NCBI GenBank assembly: GCA_017546025.1
Contig: JAFYYS010000035.1
Coordinates: forward strand, 27,809-91,808
DNA: 64,000 nt
Source: Lachnospiraceae bacterium
Lineage (GTDB): Bacteria > Bacillota > Clostridia > Lachnospirales > Lachnospiraceae
Direction: 5' to 3'
The position numbers and the translations under genes were made by a program. Of this stretch, positions 56,897 to 64,000 are shown piece after piece (within the stretch, counting starts at the first letter, position 1; each line of letters opens with the position of its first letter). Under the pieces are notes generated by a model that worked only from the letters and a program-made list of their open reading frames with translations, did no database searches and was not told the origin of the DNA.

Positions 56897-58078
56897 ATGG
56901 ATAATTTCAGTTTCTACGCACCTACTTATTTTGCCTTCGGAAAAGGCGCAGAGAACCGCGCGGGCGAGCTCGTTGAGAAGTTCGGCGGCACGAAGGTTCT
57001 GATTCACTACGGCGGCGGTTCGGTTGTACGCTCCGGTCTTTTGGACCGCGTGAAGAAGTCATTAAGCGACGCGGGCATCGGCTATGTCGAGCTCGGCGGC
57101 GTTAAGCCAAATCCGAGAAGCGGCCTTGTGTATCAGGGAATCGACATCTGCCGTCAGGAAGGTGTGGATTTCATTCTCGCAGTCGGCGGCGGCAGCACGA
57201 TTGACTCCAGTAAGGCAATCGCAGCCGGCACGCTTTATGACGGCGATTTCTGGGATTTCTACGAAGGCAAGCAGGTGACGAAGGCACTTCCGGTCGGAAC
57301 GGTATTGACGATTGCGGCAGCCGGCTCCGAGGGTTCTCCGGACTCCGTCATCACGAAGGAAGAAGGCATGATCAAGCGCGGCGCAAGCGGCCCTGCATAC
57401 CGCCCGAAGTTCTCCATCATGAATCCGGAGCTTACATGCACGCTTTCGCCTTATCAGACCGCAGCCGGCGCGACCGACATCATTGCGCATCTTTACGAGC
57501 GTTATCTGACCAACACGAAGAACGTGCAGACGACCGACCGCATGATTGAGGCACTCATCATGGCCATGGTTGAGGAGACCCCGAAGGTCATCGCCGATCC
57601 GTACGATTACGATGCACGGGCAAATATCATGTGGGCCGGTATGATGGCACACAACAATTCCTGCGGCGTAGGCCGTTCGCAGGACTGGACAAGCCATCAG
57701 ATCGAGCATGAGCTTTCCGCACTGTATGACTGTGCGCACGGCGCCGGTCTTGCGGTGACGATGCCTGCCGTATTCCGTTATAATATGAAGCACGATCCCG
57801 CACGCTTCGCGCAGATTGCAACCCGCGTCTGGGGCGTTAAGGATAACGGCAACGTAGAAGAGACGGCGCTTGCCGGAATCGATGCGCTTCAGGAATTCCT
57901 CTGTTCCATCGGCATGCCGAGAAACTTCGAAGAACTCGGCGCCAACGAGGCCGATATTGATTACCTTGCCCACACCTGCTGCTACGGCGATGCCGAGAGT
58001 GACGGCAATGGAAAAGTATACGGCTTCACGGTACTTTCCGAGGAAGACGTACGCAACATCTACCGTCTGATGCTGTAG
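56897..58078 (+). CDS. Iron-containing (group III) alcohol dehydrogenase, butanol-dehydrogenase/YqhD-like
   Basis: FYAPTYFAFGKGA, the GGGSTIDSSKAIA motif, and H...H metal ligands (WTSHQIEHELSALYDCAHGAG). Confidence 0.88.
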   Translation: MDNFSFYAPTYFAFGKGAENRAGELVEKFGGTKVLIHYGGGSVVRSGLLDRVKKSLSDAGIGYVELGGVKPNPRSGLVYQGIDICRQEGVDFILAVGGGSTIDSSKAIAAGTLYDGDFWDFYEGKQVTKALPVGTVLTIAAAGSEGSPDSVITKEEGMIKRGASGPAYRPKFSIMNPELTCTLSPYQTAAGATDIIAHLYERYLTNTKNVQTTDRMIEALIMAMVEETPKVIADPYDYDARANIMWAGMMAHNNSCGVGRSQDWTSHQIEHELSALYDCAHGAGLAVTMPAVFRYNMKHDPARFAQIATRVWGVKDNGNVEETALAGIDALQEFLCSIGMPRNFEELGANEADIDYLAHTCCYGDAESDGNGKVYGFTVLSEEDVRNIYRLML

Positions 58079-58214
58079 TTTCCGGGCGTCCGTCCGCTGT
58101 CAGCGGGGGGTGTTTTCCCGTGCGCGGAGGAGCGGCGGGGGTGTGGCATTTTCCAAAGAAAAAAACAATCCGCAGAAAATTGTACAATTTTGTATTATTG
58201 TATACAAAAAAATC

Positions 58215-58243
58215 TTGCATTTGAAAAAATCCTGTTATATAAT
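58215..58243 (+). promoter_or_regulatory. Sigma-A promoter of gdhA (TTGCAT-17 nt-TATAAT)
   Basis: TTGCAT at 58215-58220 and TATAAT at 58238-58243. It is overlapped by a 12-bp inverted repeat (see findings). Confidence 0.65.
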
Positions 58244-58311
58244 CTGTCCGTGTGGTTCATTTTCCGCACGGACAGATTGTTTTAGGGAAATGTTCCTGCA
58301 CGCAATCCTGA

Positions 58312-59688
<1,377 letters not shown>

Positions 59689-59710
59689 TTGAACTGATTT
59701 AGAAATGAGA

Positions 59711-59742
59711 ACTGCCGCACCGGTTGGTGCGGCAGTTTTTTT
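59711..59742 (+). terminator. Rho-independent terminator of gdhA
   Basis: ACTGCCGCACC / GGTGCGGCAGT stem followed by TTTTTTT. Confidence 0.9.
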
Positions 59743-59761
59743 GTTTCAAGCAAGATGGCGC

Positions 59762-59920
59762 TTCCCACGAAACTATTCAACTGGAGGATTCCGTAGGAAT
59801 CGATAAGAGCATGTTTCCTACGAAACTATTTGCAGACAAGATTCCGTAGGAATCGATAACGAGGCGATTCCTACGGAATACTAAGAAAAAGGATTCTTGT
59901 GGGAATCAGGATCTGTCTTT
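59762..59920. repeat. Three ~53-nt tandem units, each carrying two 11-bp near-palindromic boxes (TTCCTACGRAA / TTCCGTAGGAA)
   Basis: Units start at 59762, 59815 and 59868. GATTCCGTAGGAATCGATAA occurs at 59787 and 59840, with a degenerate copy at 59892. Confidence 0.85.
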
Positions 59921-60224
59921 TGCATACGGAAATCAAAGATAGGGGAAAAGGGTAGGAACCCCTTGTAATAATGCCACCTACTAAAAAGCGAGTTTCACAT
60001 TTTCCGTAGGCAAATCCGACAGCGTCGTTCATACCAAATTTAGCAATTAAACAGAATAGTAGGAAAGCCAAAAGATTGTGCTTGCAAAATGAGCACAAAG
60101 CAGGTAATATTTCCATACACATCTTTATTCTTGCATGCGGTTTCTTGGGGAACCGTGTCGACTATTTCTTTACAGTTCTATATCTTATTTTTTCCATTCA
60201 CTGGTTTTATCTGAAGGAGGGAGC

Positions 60225-61010
60225 ATGGACTCTTTTTTTGCTGCGCTGAAAAAGCGAAATCTTGAATTGAAGAACATTTTGAAGGAGTGCAGAAGACAGT
60301 TGGCGCATTTGCCGGAGGGGAGGCTTCGGATTGCCGAAAAGGCAGGAAAGCCGCAGTATTATCAAAGCGGAGGCGAAAAGGATGTATACCTGCACGTGAA
60401 GAACAGAACGATAGCGGAGCAGCTGGCGCAAAGGCGGTACTGCGAAAAAGTGATTCGTCAGGTGGAAAAGGAACTGAAGCAGATGGAATCGCTGGCGGCA
60501 GTATATCAGGAGGACATTCTGGCAAAGGTTTGGGAAGAGATGAATCCGCTCCGCAGGGCTTTGGTTCAGCCGCTTGATGTTCCGGACGAGGAGTATGCGC
60601 GGGCGTGGAGCGAAGTTGCGTACGTGGGAAAGGAAATCGATGAGACGGAGAGGACATTTCTCACGGAACGCGGTGAGACAGTCCGCTCAAAATCAGAGAA
60701 GATTATCGCCGATATGCTGGCTCTGCGAGGTGTTCCGTATCGCTATGAGTATCCGCTGAAGCTCCGCGGGTGGGGCACATTTTATCCGGATTTCCTGGCG
60801 CTTAATGTGCGAACCCGCGAGGAATTCATTTGGGAGCATTTCGGTATGATGGACAATCCCGAATACGTCAGGAAATATCTGAAGAAAACACGAATCTATG
60901 AGAAGAGCGGCATTTATCCGGGACATAACCTGCTTTGTACCTTTGAAACATCGGTCGAACCATTGGACCCGCTGATGGTTGAAGCGTTAATCCAAAGATT
61001 TCTGCTTTGA
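60225..61010 (+). CDS. Hypothetical protein with a PD-(D/E)xK nuclease-like C-terminal core (TnsA-N/Vsr-like)
   Basis: ATG 60225 follows GAAGGAGGGAG. The motif order SKSEKIIADML ... FYPDFLAL ... FIWEHFGM resembles an E...PDF...(E/Q)xK-type restriction-endonuclease fold. The assignment is by eye only. Confidence 0.55.
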   Translation: MDSFFAALKKRNLELKNILKECRRQLAHLPEGRLRIAEKAGKPQYYQSGGEKDVYLHVKNRTIAEQLAQRRYCEKVIRQVEKELKQMESLAAVYQEDILAKVWEEMNPLRRALVQPLDVPDEEYARAWSEVAYVGKEIDETERTFLTERGETVRSKSEKIIADMLALRGVPYRYEYPLKLRGWGTFYPDFLALNVRTREEFIWEHFGMMDNPEYVRKYLKKTRIYEKSGIYPGHNLLCTFETSVEPLDPLMVEALIQRFLL

Positions 61011-61545
61011 TGCATTGCCGGCATGGCGTCAGGCGTTGTTTACAGGTCACCTTTTACGGATTAATCAGACAGAGTTGCCGAGTAGTACATTCCGTATGTG
61101 CGCATTTTTCTGTCGGAGTTTTTCTCGAAACCCATGAATTATCAAGCATTGAGGATTCCGTAGGAAAGAAGAATGACAAATGACACACGAAACTTAAGAA
61201 AGGTGAAGAACAGTGGGTATGATTTTCCGCAAGGCAGCCTACTTTTCTGTTCATCCGCTTTGTTCTGTAGGAAAATGACACATCCGGATTCATACGAAAT
61301 GGCAAGGCGAGAAAGAAAAGTGGGAATGAGAACTTGAGATTTCCTACCGTTTTATGTGATAAACAAGTTCAGTGGGCCCGAAGACCCACTGAAATCATTG
61401 GATACCAAAAGTATAATACATGGCATTTTCCGCGGGAATGGATAATGTTTGCCGATTTTCTTATCCCTGCGGCATGCCCCTGCGGGTTTGTTTTTCATGG
61501 AAAATGTGATATAATGAATCACTACAAAACAACGGGGGAACGGCG

Positions 61546-62223
61546 ATGGAAAGAATCCTGATTGTGGACGATGACAACAGCATCAATCTGATGATGAAGG
61601 AGGCGCTTGAGCGGGAGGGCTTTGCCTGCGGGCAGGCATATTCGGGCTCGGAATGCATTCTGATGCTTCGGGTGGAGCATTACGACCTGGTCCTTTTGGA
61701 CCTGGCTCTTCCCGGAAAGACCGGTGAAGAGGTGCTTCGCGAGATCAGAGAGAGCGGCAATCACATGCCGGTCATCGTCGTGAGTGCGAAGGACGATCTG
61801 GATTCCAAGGTCGATGTCTTAAGCATCGGCGCGGACGATTACGTGACAAAGCCGTTTGAAATAAAGGAAGTGACCGCGCGCATCCGCGTGCAGCTTAGAA
61901 AGCGTGTGGAGACGCCCTCGGACATGCTCCGCTACGGCGGGCTCTCGATGGACCGGGAGCATTTTTCCGTGACGGCAGACGGAGTTGAGGTGCCGAAGCT
62001 TACGAGGCAGGAATTCCGCATTCTGGAGCTTTTGGTGCAGCATCCGACACGGGTATATTCGAAGGACGCCATCTACGAATACGCGTGGCAGGAACCGTAC
62101 ATCGGCGAAACGAAGACGCTTGACGTACATATGAGCAACTTACGAAAGAAGTTGAAGCAGGCAAGCAATCACGAATATATCGAGACAATCTGGGGCATCG
62201 GCTACCGCATGAAGAACGGCTGA
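61546..62223 (+). CDS. OmpR/PhoB-family response regulator
   Basis: Receiver domain (ILIVDDD...DLVLLDLALPG...SAKD) plus a winged-helix domain (LTRQEFRILELL...IETIWGIGYRM). TGaTATAAT at 61507-61515. Confidence 0.92.
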   Translation: MERILIVDDDNSINLMMKEALEREGFACGQAYSGSECILMLRVEHYDLVLLDLALPGKTGEEVLREIRESGNHMPVIVVSAKDDLDSKVDVLSIGADDYVTKPFEIKEVTARIRVQLRKRVETPSDMLRYGGLSMDREHFSVTADGVEVPKLTRQEFRILELLVQHPTRVYSKDAIYEYAWQEPYIGETKTLDVHMSNLRKKLKQASNHEYIETIWGIGYRMKNG

Positions 62224-62381
62224 GAAGGGCCGAAGCGGCAGCACTTTTCCATGTAACCCACTCGGCCGGATATGAAACCCGGCCGAGTTAACATCTTTAG
62301 AAAATCTTTACTTTTGCTTGACGATGTTTTGAATGATGCCGTTTATGATAAAGCCATAACAAGCGAACGGAGGTGCTCAAC

Positions 62382-63287
62382 ATGAGCGAAATAATCCTGC
62401 AGACACATGAACTGAAAAAGGTATACGGTAAGCAGGTCGCAGTAGACGGCATTGATTTGAAAGTAGAGAGAGGTTCAATTTACGGACTGATCGGAAAGAA
62501 CGGAGCCGGTAAGACGACGACTCTTAAGATGATCAGCGGACTGGCCAAGCCGACGAGCGGAAGCTTTTCCCTCTTCGGAAAGACCGGAAGCGAGCTGGCC
62601 GATGTGAGAGGCCGTGTGAGCTGCCTGATTGAGGAGCCGGGCCTTTACCCGAACATGACGGCATTTGAAAACCTCAAGGCCAAATGCCTCTGCTACGGTG
62701 TCAAAGGAGACGCCTACATCAAAGAGCTGCTGGAGCGTGTGGGACTGGCGAACGTCGGAAAGAAGAAGGCCGGACATTTTTCACTGGGTATGAAGCAGAG
62801 ACTCGGCATCGCGATGGCAATGGTCGGAGAGCCTGATCTGCTGATTTTGGACGAGCCGATTAACGGACTGGATCCGGAAGGCATCGTGGAAATTCGTGAT
62901 ACGCTGACACAGTTCAGCAAGGAAAAGGGTGTAACCATTCTGATTTCGAGCCACATCCTCGAGGAACTCTCGAAGGTGGCAACCCATTACGGAATCATGA
63001 GCAAGGGCCGTCTGGTGGAACAGCTGACGGCGGAAGAACTTGCCGACCGCTGCAGCCTCCGCATCGAGGCGGTTGTGGACAGACCGGAGATTGCCGGAAC
63101 GGTTCTCGAAAGACTCGGAATCACCAACTACAAGGTCGTTGACAAGGAGACCATCAACATCTCGGAACGTCTCGAGGACGTTGCGCAGATTAACCGCGCG
63201 CTCAATGAGGCCGGTGTGCTTGTCAGCAAGATCATGGTGAACAACGAGAGCCTTGAGTCGTTCTTCTTAACGACGACGGCGGACTGA
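62382..63287 (+). CDS. ABC transporter ATP-binding protein (ABC-2/bacitracin-lantibiotic exporter type)
   Basis: Walker A GKNGAGKTT, signature FSLGMKQRL, Walker B LLILDEP. ATG 62382 lies 8 nt after GGAGG. Confidence 0.92.
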   Translation: MSEIILQTHELKKVYGKQVAVDGIDLKVERGSIYGLIGKNGAGKTTTLKMISGLAKPTSGSFSLFGKTGSELADVRGRVSCLIEEPGLYPNMTAFENLKAKCLCYGVKGDAYIKELLERVGLANVGKKKAGHFSLGMKQRLGIAMAMVGEPDLLILDEPINGLDPEGIVEIRDTLTQFSKEKGVTILISSHILEELSKVATHYGIMSKGRLVEQLTAEELADRCSLRIEAVVDRPEIAGTVLERLGITNYKVVDKETINISERLEDVAQINRALNEAGVLVSKIMVNNESLESFFLTTTAD

Positions 63288-63310
63288 AGAAAGGAATGGT
63301 GGAAAATACT

Positions 63311-64000
63311 ATGTTGAATCTGATTCGTATGAATTTATACCGCCTGGTGCGGATGAAAAGCCTTTATGTCATTGTTATCATCACGGTTGTCATGAACATC
63401 GCGACCATGATTATTGATGAGCAGATGAAAAGCGACCCCAAGCAGGCAGAATTGCTCCAGATGGCCGAAGAGACCAAGGACGATCCGGTGTCCAACATCG
63501 GAATGAACATTACGGTTACTTCCCGGGCAGACGGCAATTATAATTTCGTTGACGTCATGGCATCTCCGCTTTGCGGTATGCTCTGTGCACTTCTGATCGG
63601 CATCTTCACGGTCATCTTCGCCACCGCCGATTTCTCCACGGGAGATATCAAAAACTACGGCGGAGCAATGAAACACCGGTATCAGATTGTGGTATCGAAG
63701 GTCGTTTCCGTGGCATTTTACACGGTCGGATTTCTGGTGGTGTTCGGCGTGTCGGGCTGCATCGGCGTTTACGCAGCGGGACGTAAGGTCGTCTTTGAGA
63801 AGATGGGCGCCGCGATGGGGTATCTCGGGGTACAGACCGTGCTGCACATTGTATTTGCCGCAGTCATCACCTGCATCTGCATGATTCTTCGGAGCAATCT
63901 TCTGAGCATGATTCTGACGGTCTGCATCTCCATGCATGCGTTGGCAGCAGTCTATGCGCTCCTTGACAAGGCGCTTGTGAAGGCCGGCTGGAAGAACGCC
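63311..64000 (+). CDS. ABC-2-type permease, N-terminal part (3' end outside the window)
   Basis: The frame is open from ATG 63311 to the window end (230 codons). MLNLIRMNLYRLVRMKSLYVIVIITVV... is followed by several TM helices. It is absent from the ORF track because no stop codon is reached. Confidence 0.8.
   Translation, partial: MLNLIRMNLYRLVRMKSLYVIVIITVVMNIATMIIDEQMKSDPKQAELLQMAEETKDDPVSNIGMNITVTSRADGNYNFVDVMASPLCGMLCALLIGIFTVIFATADFSTGDIKNYGGAMKHRYQIVVSKVVSVAFYTVGFLVVFGVSGCIGVYAAGRKVVFEKMGAAMGYLGVQTVLHIVFAAVITCICMILRSNLLSMILTVCISMHALAAVYALLDKALVKAGWKNA

Noticed and set aside
58241-58277. Transcription attenuator or terminator hairpin in the gdhA leader.
   Set aside because: The 5' arm overlaps the -10 hexamer, so it would lie upstream of the expected transcription start. 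It is more likely a DNA operator than an RNA hairpin.

Overview
This is a 64-kb chromosomal segment of a roughly 55% GC anaerobic Firmicute. A class Clostridia gut or rumen fibrolytic organism is my inference from gene content: GH5 and GH9 enzymes, NfnAB, a membrane pyrophosphatase and a ferredoxin-dependent 2-oxoacid oxidoreductase. I call 53 protein genes (47 on the + strand) and one tRNA-Leu(CAG). I see no rRNA, CRISPR array, recognisable IS element or prophage.

Gene order, left to right:
- atpA(partial)-atpG-atpD-atpC, rapZ, galE, mtnN, a TSCPD protein, murG and a lipoprotein.
- HIT (minus strand), then a LytTR response regulator plus an AgrC-like kinase.
- A 1461-aa repeat-rich wall-anchored surface protein and an 856-aa membrane-anchored protein.
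- deoB, a HAD hydrolase, a membrane-anchored YD-repeat-like protein, an XRE-membrane regulator and tRNA-Leu.
- GH5 and a zinc-ribbon protein (both minus strand), a DUF218 lipoprotein and two small or membrane ORFs.
- A six-gene tandem array of paralogous two-TM proteins (28.5-34.5 kb).
- A T-box leader driving a fused HTH-cupin/acyl-CoA synthetase, a cytoplasmic YD-repeat-like protein, a P-loop ATPase and a four-subunit 2-oxoacid:ferredoxin oxidoreductase (34.6-42.0 kb).
- Two divergent BI-1/YccA paralogs, GH9 (minus strand) and an orphan Zn/Mn substrate-binding protein.
- A 1200-aa polytopic protein with three low-complexity repeat arrays, a small TM protein with Ca-loop-like repeats (minus strand) and a further membrane protein.
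- nfnAB, hppA, an iron alcohol dehydrogenase and gdhA.
- An AT-richer 1.8-kb island holding a PD-(D/E)xK-like ORF among iteron-like boxes.
- An OmpR regulator with an ABC-2 exporter that runs off the end of the window.

Most noteworthy observations:
1. The self-contained operon made only of six translationally coupled paralogs resembling DUF3137.
2. The T-box placed in front of an acyl-CoA ligase plus an oxidoreductase, suggesting tRNA-sensed amino-acid salvage by reductive carboxylation.
3. A dispersed CATTTTCC / TTCCGTAGGAA motif family, concentrated at 59.7-61.5 kb.

All family assignments come from reading motifs by eye, not from database searches.
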